Positions 1-7,752 of a stretch of 28,131 nucleotides of DNA are shown in pieces. The DNA lies in NCBI GenBank assembly GCA_028712015.1, contig JAQTRB010000001.1, forward strand, positions 1 to 28,131, given 5' to 3'. Each line of letters begins with the position of its first letter. Position 1 is the first letter of the stretch. The translations under genes and the position numbers were made by a program. Below the pieces are notes generated by a model. The model ran no database searches, was not told the origin of the DNA, and worked only from the letters and a program-made list of their open reading frames with translations. The DNA is from Syntrophales bacterium. GTDB lineage: Bacteria > Desulfobacterota > Syntrophia > Syntrophales > UBA5619.

Positions 1-70
1 CCGCGCCGACGACCGGACTGAAAGTCAGCAAACAAAACGCTGCCAAACATGCAAATATGATCTTTTTCAT
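1..70 (-). CDS. 5' end of an exported protein (runs off left edge); probably the TctC periplasmic binding protein of the first TTT system
   Basis: ATG at 70 preceded by AGAAAGGA; reads MKKIIFACLAAFCLLTFSPVVGA (basic N-terminus, hydrophobic core, signal-peptide-like); lies 33 bp after tctA. TctC identity is inferred from context only. Confidence 0.55.
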   Translation of the reverse strand, partial: MKKIIFACLAAFCLLTFSPVVGA

Positions 71-103
71 GGTACCATCCTTTCTGAACAAGTTTTTTTG
101 AAA

Positions 104-1621
104 TCATACATTTTCTCCCCCTACCCTCTCCTGGAGTTTCTTTCGTCGTCTGCCGATCCAGGGGATGAAGGGGGAAACCAGTAAAACAAAAGTCACGGCC
201 ATCAGGCTGGCCGAGATCGGGTGGGTCAAAAAAATCATCGGATCACCCTGGGAGATCACCAGGGAAAGACGAAGATTGTTTTCCATCATCGGTCCCAGAA
301 CCAGGGCCAGGACGAGAGGCGCCATTTCGTACTGAAACTTTCGGGCCAGATATCCGAAAATACCGAAGCCGATCATCATGGCCACTTCCATGGAGCTGTA
401 ATTCAGACTGAAAACCCCAACGAGACAGAAGAGCAAAATGATGGGGAAAAGGATCGGATAGGGAACCTTCAGCACCTGCACCCAGAGGCCGATGAGCGGT
501 AGGTTCAGAACCAGGAGCATCGCATTCCCCAGATACATGCTGATCACGGTCCCCCAGAAGAGGTCGGGATATTTTGTAATCATCATCGGCCCGGGCTGGA
601 TGCCGTAGATCATGAAGGCCCCCAGCAGGACCGCGATGACCGAGTTGCACGGAATCCCCAGCGTGAACAGCGGTATAAAGGCCCCGCCGGTGGCGGCATT
701 GTTGGCCGCCTCCGGACCGGCCACCCCCTCGATGACCCCGGTGCCGAACCGCTCCGGATATTTAGAGAGTTTCTTCTCGATTGCGTAGGAACTGAAGGCG
801 GAGATGACCGGCGCCGGCCCGGGGAGAATGCCGATAAAGAACCCGAGCACCGATCCCCGCAGGATCGGTAAAATTGAGTTCCTCCAGTCCTGAAGGTTGG
901 GCAGCAGATCCCGGACTTTGGTGGTCACAACGCTCCGCGTGATCCCCTCTTCGAGATTGACGATAACCTCGGCCACGCCGAAGAGCCCCATGATCGCCGG
1001 GATCAGCCCCACCCCATCGCTGAATTCGAGGATGCCGAAGGTCAGCCGCTGGGTGCCCGATATGCTGTCCATCCCGATCGTGCTGATCAGCAGGCCAAAG
1101 ACGCCCATCATCAGGGCCTTCAGCATGGAACCCGCAGCCAGATAGATGAGCACCATCATGCCCAGGAGCATCAGGGCAAAATATTCCGGAGGTCCAAAGG
1201 CCAGCGCAAACTTGGCCAACGGGGGCGCCACCAGCATCAAGCCGAGGATGGAAATCGTTCCGGCAATGAAGGAGCCGAATGCGGCAATGCCCAGGGCTGG
1301 CCCCGCGCGCCCCTTGAGGGCCATCTGATAACCGTCGAGACAGGTGATCACCGCGGCCGCCTCGCCGGGAATATTGACCAGGATTGAGGTGGTCGACCCC
1401 CCGTACATGGCTCCGTAGTAAATCCCGGCCAGCATGATGATCGCCGTGACCGGAGGAATGTGAAAGGTGCTGGGCAGGAGGAGGGCGATGGCCGCCGTGG
1501 GCCCCAGACCGGGAAGCACACCGACCAGCGTCCCCATCAAAACACCGATGAAGCAGAAGAACAAGTTCGTCGGCGTAAAGAGAACCTGCGCACCGAGGCC
1601 GATATGAGTCAGCAAATCCAT
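104..1621 (-). CDS. tctA: Tripartite tricarboxylate transporter large permease TctA (copy 1)
   Basis: 505 aa, highly hydrophobic; TctA repeat motifs [57 protein letters not shown]. Confidence 0.92.
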   Translation of the reverse strand: MDLLTHIGLGAQVLFTPTNLFFCFIGVLMGTLVGVLPGLGPTAAIALLLPSTFHIPPVTAIIMLAGIYYGAMYGGSTTSILVNIPGEAAAVITCLDGYQMALKGRAGPALGIAAFGSFIAGTISILGLMLVAPPLAKFALAFGPPEYFALMLLGMMVLIYLAAGSMLKALMMGVFGLLISTIGMDSISGTQRLTFGILEFSDGVGLIPAIMGLFGVAEVIVNLEEGITRSVVTTKVRDLLPNLQDWRNSILPILRGSVLGFFIGILPGPAPVISAFSSYAIEKKLSKYPERFGTGVIEGVAGPEAANNAATGGAFIPLFTLGIPCNSVIAVLLGAFMIYGIQPGPMMITKYPDLFWGTVISMYLGNAMLLVLNLPLIGLWVQVLKVPYPILFPIILLFCLVGVFSLNYSSMEVAMMIGFGIFGYLARKFQYEMAPLVLALVLGPMMENNLRLSLVISQGDPMIFLTHPISASLMAVTFVLLVSPFIPWIGRRRKKLQERVGGENV

Positions 1622-1628
1622 GAATCAC

Positions 1629-2099
1629 CTAAAATCCAAAGAAACCCAGAGGAAGCTGGGTTTCCAAGAAATTGATGAAGAGCAATCGGGCCAATATCGC
1701 AGTTGCGCAGGCCGTAATCAGGGTGCGCTTCCAGTTCTGGGGAAAAATGGTTTTAAGCAAAAAAGCGATGAATACAAAGGTCATCAGCGTAAATCCGATT
1801 ATTTTGAAAAGAAGCAGATAGGCCACCATGGCCAGAAAGGCCATAACGACTCGCTTCCAGGAATCGGCCAGCGGAAAGAAGGGCGGCATGGCCTGCCATT
1901 CTCTCCGCTTGAAGCTGCCCAGCAGCAGAAAAACGGCCATCACCGCCAAGACAATGCCGGACCAGAAAGGCATGAAACCGGGACCCGGCTCACTCCAGTC
2001 GCCAATTTCGACGGTTCGTCCATAGAAAGAAAAAAAGATTCCCACGCCAAGAAAAAACAATGCGGATATCCGATTGTAATGATTTAGTTTCTTTTCCAT
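1629..2099 (-). CDS. tctB: Tripartite tricarboxylate transporter small membrane subunit TctB (copy 1)
   Basis: 156 aa, about 4 TM segments, PGPGFMP motif and C-terminal LPLG, 7 bp upstream of tctA. Confidence 0.85.
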   Translation of the reverse strand: MEKKLNHYNRISALFFLGVGIFFSFYGRTVEIGDWSEPGPGFMPFWSGIVLAVMAVFLLLGSFKRREWQAMPPFFPLADSWKRVVMAFLAMVAYLLLFKIIGFTLMTFVFIAFLLKTIFPQNWKRTLITACATAILARLLFINFLETQLPLGFFGF

Positions 2100-2170
2100 A
2101 CTTCTCTCACCGATCGTGATGGCTCGCCCACAATGTCAAGCCATAAACGCCTTTCAGCTCGTCCCGATTC

Positions 2171-2845
2171 TCAGATCATTGCGTCGATATGCTCCAAAGC
2201 CATGGTCCGGACGCTGACGACATGCTTCCTCATCAGCAACTCCGCATCGGCAGCCTTCCCTTTCTCGATCCGCTCCAGGATTCCGGCATGTTCGTCCAAG
2301 CTTTTCTGCGCCCGTCCGGGCAGAACGACGGTTCTCAGCCGGATGATCTGGAGGCGCGCGTTGACCATTGCCATGATCTGTTTGAGCATCTGATTCGGAC
2401 ATTTTCTCAGCAAGAGATCATGAAATTCCAGTTCGGAGTCGGTGTATTCGATCACATGACGCTCCTGTTCCGGGGTAGCGCGAAGCTTGTCCAGACAGGA
2501 CCGGAGTTCGCGGATGTCGGACTCCTCCAAAAGCGGCGTAACAAGACGGACCACCAAACCTTCCAGCAATTCGCGGATCTGGAGGATCTCGATGATATTT
2601 TCCTTCGATTGTTGGATGACAAAGGCGCCGCGACGGGGAATGATCTTGACGATGCCCTCGTTTTCCAGCCTGAAAAGCGCCTCACGAATGGGGGTGCGGC
2701 TGACGCCGATGACCTGGGCCAGCGTCTCCTCGCTTATTTTTTTCCCCGGCAGGATCTCCCGGGTGATGATCATGCTCTTCAGCATTTTATAGGTTTGACC
2801 CCGTAGATTGGGGTTATTGATCAGTGTCTGCATGTCTCTTTCCAT
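2171..2845 (-). CDS. GntR-family transcriptional regulator with FCD domain
   Basis: wHTH motif LAQVIGVSRTPIREALFRLENEGIV, RRGAFV wing; FCD His residues (EFHDLL, DEHAGI, RKHV). Start placed at ATG 2845 (2833 also possible); the TTG at 2893 in the ORF track lies in the promoter region. Confidence 0.92.
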   Translation of the reverse strand: MERDMQTLINNPNLRGQTYKMLKSMIITREILPGKKISEETLAQVIGVSRTPIREALFRLENEGIVKIIPRRGAFVIQQSKENIIEILQIRELLEGLVVRLVTPLLEESDIRELRSCLDKLRATPEQERHVIEYTDSELEFHDLLLRKCPNQMLKQIMAMVNARLQIIRLRTVVLPGRAQKSLDEHAGILERIEKGKAADAELLMRKHVVSVRTMALEHIDAMI

Positions 2846-2867
2846 GACCGATCGGAGACAATCTGTA

Positions 2868-2879
2868 TTTTGTATACGG
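2868..2879. promoter_or_regulatory. Candidate GntR/FCD operator (TTTTGTATACGG, GTATAC palindromic core)
   Basis: Exact reverse complement of CCGTATACAAAA at 17486-17497 upstream of sauS; GT-N-AC palindromes are typical GntR-family sites. Confidence 0.45.
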
Positions 2880-2900
2880 GATATCTTTATCAAAACGTCT

Positions 2901-2932
2901 TGTCAAGAATAAACTTGACAGAATAAACTTGA
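2901..2932. repeat. Overlapping inverted repeat and 13-bp tandem direct repeat upstream of gntR
   Basis: TGTCAAG-aataaa-CTTGACA (2901-2920) and AGAATAAACTTGA at 2906-2918 and 2920-2932; the minus-strand TTGACA (2906-2901) is a plausible -35 for gntR. Confidence 0.6.
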
Positions 2933-2999
2933 AACATTTCTCTCAAGACTGCCTGATATCGATCTCCGCCTGGCTCGGCCTCTCTCTCACCGCGGCCCT

Positions 3000-4262
3000 C
3001 TATCTCCTCTCCACAATGGCGCAGATCCCGAGTCCTCCGCCGCCACAGATGGTGACGAGCCCGTATCGGACGTCGCGCCGCATCATCTCATGGATCAGGG
3101 TGACGAGGCGTATGGACCCGGTGGCGCCGATGGGGTGGCCCAGGGAAATACCCGATCCGTTCACATTGACCTTTCGCTCCAGATCCGCGGTGCTGAGCGC
3201 CATCAATTTTGCATCGGCCAGCGTCTGGGCGGCAAAGGCCTCCTGGATCTCGATAAGATCGATCGAATCCATGGCCAATCCCGCCTTTTGAAGGGCCTTG
3301 TTCACGGCGGAGGAAACCGCCGGATAGGTCAAGGTCGGATCCGCCCCGGCCACGCCGAAGGATTTGAGATAAACCAGCGGTTTGACACCATGACGTTCAG
3401 CGATTTCCGGGGTTGTCATCACCAGTGCCGCCGCACCGTCGTTCTCACTGGAAGAATTCCCTGCCGTGCATATCCCGTCGGGATAAACGGCTTGAAGCTT
3501 GGCCAGTTTTTCCAGTGTCGTCTCCCGGCGAGGCGTTTCATCCCGGGCAAGGGTGAGCTCCTCCCCCTTTTTTTTAACCGTCACGGGAGTGATTTCATCT
3601 GCAAACTTGCCCGCGTCCATGGCCTGGATTGCCTTGCGGTGCGAGTCCAATGCCCATTGATCGGCCTCCTCGCGAGCTATCCCTTCTTTCCGCGCCGCCG
3701 CCTCCGCCCAGGTCATCATCGAATTGAGCTCGCCGAATCGGTCGATGGGCTGGTGCCGGGGACGACCGCGCTGGATCCTGTCGTAGAATGGAAGTCCCCA
3801 CAGGGAAAGGCTGCCGTGATGCCGGGGGGAAAAGCCCCACTTCGGATCGGCGCCCCCTCCCAATCCCCATTTGATGAGCTCACCGGGGATGTAGAACTCG
3901 CCGCGACTCATGCTTTCGGCGCCTCCGGCAACGACGATACCGGCATATCCGGTTTGGATTTCCATGGCCGCCGTCCATATCGACTGGAGCCCGGAACAGC
4001 AACGCCGATCGACCGTGAAGCCGGGAATCTCAACCGGCCAGCCTGCCTCCAGAAGCGCCAGCCGCGCCAGATTGGGAGTTTCGCCATTGGCAAAAGAGTG
4101 CCCGAGGATGACATCGTCAATCTCATCCGGTTCAATATGGGCCCTTCGCACCGCCTCTTGCAAGACGATGGCGGCCAGTTTTTCCACGGGGACATCCCGG
4201 AACATGCCGCAGTATGCCCCGATGGGTGTCCTGACCCCACTGACGATTGCGACCTCTTTCAC
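3000..4262 (-). CDS. Thiolase (acetyl-CoA C-acyltransferase family), atypical
   Basis: GTG start at 4262 after AAGGAGG; N-terminal EVAIVSGVRTPIG, nucleophile region DRRCCSG, GGAESMS, GNSSSENDGAAA, QEAF in place of NEAF, SLGHPIGATG, C-terminal TICGGGGLG. Confidence 0.92.
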   Translation of the reverse strand: MKEVAIVSGVRTPIGAYCGMFRDVPVEKLAAIVLQEAVRRAHIEPDEIDDVILGHSFANGETPNLARLALLEAGWPVEIPGFTVDRRCCSGLQSIWTAAMEIQTGYAGIVVAGGAESMSRGEFYIPGELIKWGLGGGADPKWGFSPRHHGSLSLWGLPFYDRIQRGRPRHQPIDRFGELNSMMTWAEAAARKEGIAREEADQWALDSHRKAIQAMDAGKFADEITPVTVKKKGEELTLARDETPRRETTLEKLAKLQAVYPDGICTAGNSSSENDGAAALVMTTPEIAERHGVKPLVYLKSFGVAGADPTLTYPAVSSAVNKALQKAGLAMDSIDLIEIQEAFAAQTLADAKLMALSTADLERKVNVNGSGISLGHPIGATGSIRLVTLIHEMMRRDVRYGLVTICGGGGLGICAIVERR

Positions 4263-4520
4263 TTTCCCCTCCTTGCTCGCCGTCAATTCCCGGATTGAAG
4301 CCATCACCGGCTCGTCTGCTCACGGATATTGCATTTGAATGGATCCTGCGGCCCGCGTGGCTTCCACACGTTCTTCGGGAAAGAGATCCTGCAGCAGGAT
4401 TACGTCGTCGGAAATACCCGGGCGGCCGATTTCCTTTTGCAGATCCTCGATGGTGGGCTGGGGTTGTTCCCAGTTCAGATATTTCTTGCCCTCAACCGTA
4501 TCGCTGGATGAAAGCTCACG
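4263..4520 (-). pseudogene. Start-less relic resembling the C-terminal part of a pyruvate/oxaloacetate carboxyltransferase (pyruvate carboxylase subunit B-like)
   Basis: Frame open from 4520: RELSSSDTVEGKKYLNWEQPQPTIEDLQKEIGRPGISDDVILLQDLFPEERVEATRAAGSIQMQYP, TGA at 4322-4320, then ADEPVMASIRELTASK in the thiolase frame. No start codon; TGA immediately upstream. Family assignment is from memory and unverified. Confidence 0.45.
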
Positions 4521-6024
4521 TCACTTGTTTGTCGTGCCTGATCTCGCGGAATTTTCTCAACAGGGGCAAAAAAAGGGCGATGATCGTCAGGGCCATGATG
4601 ATCCCGCTGATGGGCCGGCGGAAAAAGATGGTCCAGTCGTTCTGGAAACTGATCATCGTCGTCATGAAGGAACTCTCCGCCAGCGGTCCCAGGATCGTTC
4701 CCAGAACCATCGGTGCGATCGGAAATTTAATCTTTTCGAAGATATACCCCACGACGCCGAAGGCCACCATAAGCCAGAGATCGGAGATGCTGTTCCGGAT
4801 GGAGAAGGCGCCGATAAAGCAGAGGAGCATGATAAATGTTGAAACCACCGATTCGGGAAAATCGAGGATCTTCACGAGCGGTTTGATGGCGATGTATCCG
4901 ACGATGCTCATGAGGATGATCCCCAGGAACATCGAGGCGAAGACGGTGTAGACCATCCCGGTGGAGGTGATGAATATCTGCGGACCCGGTTGGATCCCGT
5001 GGAGGAGAAAGGCCCCGAGAATAACGGCCGTAGCGCCGCTCCCCGGAATGCCCAGGGTCAACAGGGGGATCAGGGCGCCGCCGACGGAGGCGGTGGCCGC
5101 CGCCTGGGGCGCGACGATCCCCTCGGGGATCCCACTGCCCATTTGTTCCTTTCGTTTTCCGTACTGAGCCTCCACGCCATAGGTGACAAAAGAGGCGATG
5201 GTGGCCCCGGCGCCGGGAACGATACCGATAATCGTACCGAGTATGGAGCTTCGGCAAAAGGTCGTTCCGATCCCCCAGGCCTCTTTGAGGGAGGGCATCC
5301 TGGTCTTCATGGCGCCCACGGTTTCCACGGGAACGGTTGTGAAGCCTTCGCCCAGTCGCGTCAAGACCTCGCCCACGCCGTAGGCGCCCACCATGACGGT
5401 GAGAAATTCAATACCGTCCATCAGGATGGGAGAACCGAAAGCGAAACGGGGCGTACCGTACGTCGCATCCACGCCCACGGTGGCAATGATAAGCCCGAAA
5501 AAGAGACTGATGAGGGCATTCGTCAGGGACCCGCCGCCGAGGGAAACGACGCTCGTCAGGCCGAAGAGGACGATGGCAAAATATTCGGGTGTGGAAAAGG
5601 TCAGGGCAAACTTGGCGACCGGTTCCGACAGGGTCACCATGATCACGCACGAAACGAGTCCGCCGATCAGTGCCGCGCAGATGGTCCAGCCCAGGGCCTT
5701 GGCTGCCTGACCCTGCTTCGCCATGGCATAGCCGTCCCAGAGGAGCGGGACATGGATGGGTTCGCCGGGAATCCGGAAGAGAATGGATGTGGGGGCGCCC
5801 CCGTAGGTGCCGGAAACATACATGGCCGTCAGCAGGACGATGGCGGGCGTCACGTCCATGGCATAGGTGAAGGGGAGGACCAGAATGACGCCCATGACGA
5901 GGGTCAGTCCCGGCAGGACGCCGACCAGAAGACCCACAACAATCCCCACGACAAGAAAAATCAGGTTGACCGGTTGGAAACAATTCAGGAAACCGACGCC
6001 GAGGTGGCTGAGAATATCCAACAT
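4516..6024 (-). CDS. tctA: Tripartite tricarboxylate transporter large permease TctA (copy 2)
   Basis: 502 aa hydrophobic; GVLPGLT, GTYGGAPTSILFRIPGE, GIVPGAGAT, LLTLGIPGSGATA, GIQPGP; RBS AAGGAG. Confidence 0.92.
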   Translation of the reverse strand: MLDILSHLGVGFLNCFQPVNLIFLVVGIVVGLLVGVLPGLTLVMGVILVLPFTYAMDVTPAIVLLTAMYVSGTYGGAPTSILFRIPGEPIHVPLLWDGYAMAKQGQAAKALGWTICAALIGGLVSCVIMVTLSEPVAKFALTFSTPEYFAIVLFGLTSVVSLGGGSLTNALISLFFGLIIATVGVDATYGTPRFAFGSPILMDGIEFLTVMVGAYGVGEVLTRLGEGFTTVPVETVGAMKTRMPSLKEAWGIGTTFCRSSILGTIIGIVPGAGATIASFVTYGVEAQYGKRKEQMGSGIPEGIVAPQAAATASVGGALIPLLTLGIPGSGATAVILGAFLLHGIQPGPQIFITSTGMVYTVFASMFLGIILMSIVGYIAIKPLVKILDFPESVVSTFIMLLCFIGAFSIRNSISDLWLMVAFGVVGYIFEKIKFPIAPMVLGTILGPLAESSFMTTMISFQNDWTIFFRRPISGIIMALTIIALFLPLLRKFREIRHDKQVT

Positions 6025-6038
6025 AGCAACTCCTTACG

Positions 6039-6569
6039 TTACCGGATGCCGAGCATTTTCAAGACCAGCAGGGAGAATTGCTGGAACATCCCCTGCCCGA
6101 GGGGGAGGGAAACATAGACCGCCTTCATAAAGATCACGACAAACAAAACCGTTCCGAGGACGCTGTTGGCCGCAATCACCCAGACCTTGCGGTAGCGGCC
6201 AACAATCATGAAGAGGAGAAGATAGAGAAACGTGCAGAGGATGAATCCCAGGATGCTCACGAAGTATACATAGGCAATGGTCATGAGGGTCCCGATGATG
6301 AGGAGACCGGTATATCGCTTTGGCGTTTCCGTCTTTTCCTTGCCGGCATCATTTTCCAATGCCTTGCCTCGATGAAACAGCATGATTTTGGCGATTTCAT
6401 ACAGACAGACCGCCATGGTCAGACCGAGGAGAAGCTTCGGCCAGAAGTCCGGGCCCAGATTCCCCGCTTTGGCGCCAAATCCGAACCGGCCGGCGAGAAC
6501 GTAGAAATATACGCTGATGAGAAGAACAACGGCGTAGGGAAAGATCCGTTTGATTTTTTCCATGGCCAT
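6039..6569 (-). CDS. tctB: Tripartite tricarboxylate transporter small membrane subunit TctB (copy 2)
   Basis: Start moved to ATG 6569 (GGAGGT upstream; 6563 also possible); 4 TM segments, LGPDFWP motif, C-terminal VSLPLG; between tctC and tctA. Confidence 0.85.
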   Translation of the reverse strand: MAMEKIKRIFPYAVVLLISVYFYVLAGRFGFGAKAGNLGPDFWPKLLLGLTMAVCLYEIAKIMLFHRGKALENDAGKEKTETPKRYTGLLIIGTLMTIAYVYFVSILGFILCTFLYLLLFMIVGRYRKVWVIAANSVLGTVLFVVIFMKAVYVSLPLGQGMFQQFSLLVLKMLGIR

Positions 6570-6649
6570 GATCCGCAATAACCTCCACAGGAATGTCTGC
6601 CTCCCGGTCCGAACCGGGAGACAGACCGAGCCGAAATGAAAAAAGGTCG

Positions 6650-7633
6650 TTACTTTTTCTTGGCGCCCCAGGTTTTTTTCATCGAATCCAGTTCGGAAAG
6701 GATGAACTTGGTGCACTCCTCATGGTTCATGAAGCTGTCCGCCGTCGCATACTGTTCCTCGAGGAAAGCCTTGAACTCCGGGGTCGCCGCCACCTTGCCG
6801 AAGGCATCCGAGAGGACCTTGATCTTCTTCGGGTCCGTCCCCGCCTTGGCAATAATGGCCCGGAACTGGGGCAGGCCGATATCATAGCCGAGTTCCTTGG
6901 AGCAGGGAACATCCTTGAAGGCCGGGAAGCGCTGGGAACCGAAGACGACGATGGGTTTGATCTGCTTGCCCGTAATGTACTGCCGTACGTCACCGGCCTG
7001 CTCGTAAAGGGCGTCCACATGGGTGCCGAGAACCGATACATACCGCTCACTGGGTTTGGAGTAGGGAACCTGGATGACCTTGACCCCTTTGCTTTCCAAG
7101 AAAGTCAGGGTGATGTCATCGACGCTGCCGAAGCCCAGGGTCGCCACCTTGAGAGTGCCCGGCTTTGCCTTGGCCTCCTTCTCGAAATCCGCCCAGGATT
7201 TGAAACGGCTGTTTTCCGCCACGAACAGGAAGGACGGGCCCAGCATCAGCCGTGCCACCGGCATGATGTCGGTCATCTTCCAACTGGCCGGTGAGGTCGC
7301 CAGCACGGCATGGGAATCGGCAATGTAGACGGCAATGGACTGGCCGTCCGCCGGCGCAGCCAGGAGTTTCGTAATGCCCGTGCCGCCGGTGGCGCCGGGA
7401 ACATCGATCACGGGAAATGGAACATTCAGCACCTTTTCCAGCAGGACGCCGCTTTTGCGGGCAAGCTGGTCCGCCCCGCCGCCGGGACCCCAAGGGACGA
7501 TGTACTCAATCGCCCGGGAAGGGTATTTCTCCTGAGCCGCCGCTTCCTTCAGGGCCGGACCTGCCAGCATCGCCGCTGAAAAGGTCAACGCCATGACCAT
7601 TACCAGGTATTTCCGCATGCGCTTTTTCATCAT
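6650..7633 (-). CDS. tctC: TctC/Bug-family periplasmic substrate-binding protein
   Basis: Signal peptide, YPSRAIEYIVPWGPGGGAD, PGATGGTG, APADG, DVPCSKELG, AKAGTD; start ATG 7633 after GGAGGAGG. Confidence 0.9.
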   Translation of the reverse strand: MMKKRMRKYLVMVMALTFSAAMLAGPALKEAAAQEKYPSRAIEYIVPWGPGGGADQLARKSGVLLEKVLNVPFPVIDVPGATGGTGITKLLAAPADGQSIAVYIADSHAVLATSPASWKMTDIMPVARLMLGPSFLFVAENSRFKSWADFEKEAKAKPGTLKVATLGFGSVDDITLTFLESKGVKVIQVPYSKPSERYVSVLGTHVDALYEQAGDVRQYITGKQIKPIVVFGSQRFPAFKDVPCSKELGYDIGLPQFRAIIAKAGTDPKKIKVLSDAFGKVAATPEFKAFLEEQYATADSFMNHEECTKFILSELDSMKKTWGAKKK

Positions 7634-7752
7634 TTCCTCCTCCATTTGATTTTCTACCCCTTCAACCAGGGCATCGATTTACGGAAACGAATCCGCCGTT
7701 TTTTCAAAGGGGCCCTTGACCGCCGGGATGTGACGACCGGCCTTCCAGCCGA

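Noticed and set aside
2111-2139. Minus-strand TTGACA upstream of tctB copy 1 as a separate promoter
   Set aside because: No convincing -10 at 16-18 nt and very little room before the start codon; cannot be supported from sequence alone.
4290-4322. In-frame TGA upstream of the thiolase with a small hairpin (GAGCC-GGTGAT-GGCTT) as a possible selenocysteine codon
   Set aside because: The upstream frame has no start codon, the apical loop is only about 11 nt from the UGA, the position is not a catalytic Cys site, and the thiolase has its own AAGGAGG-GTG start.
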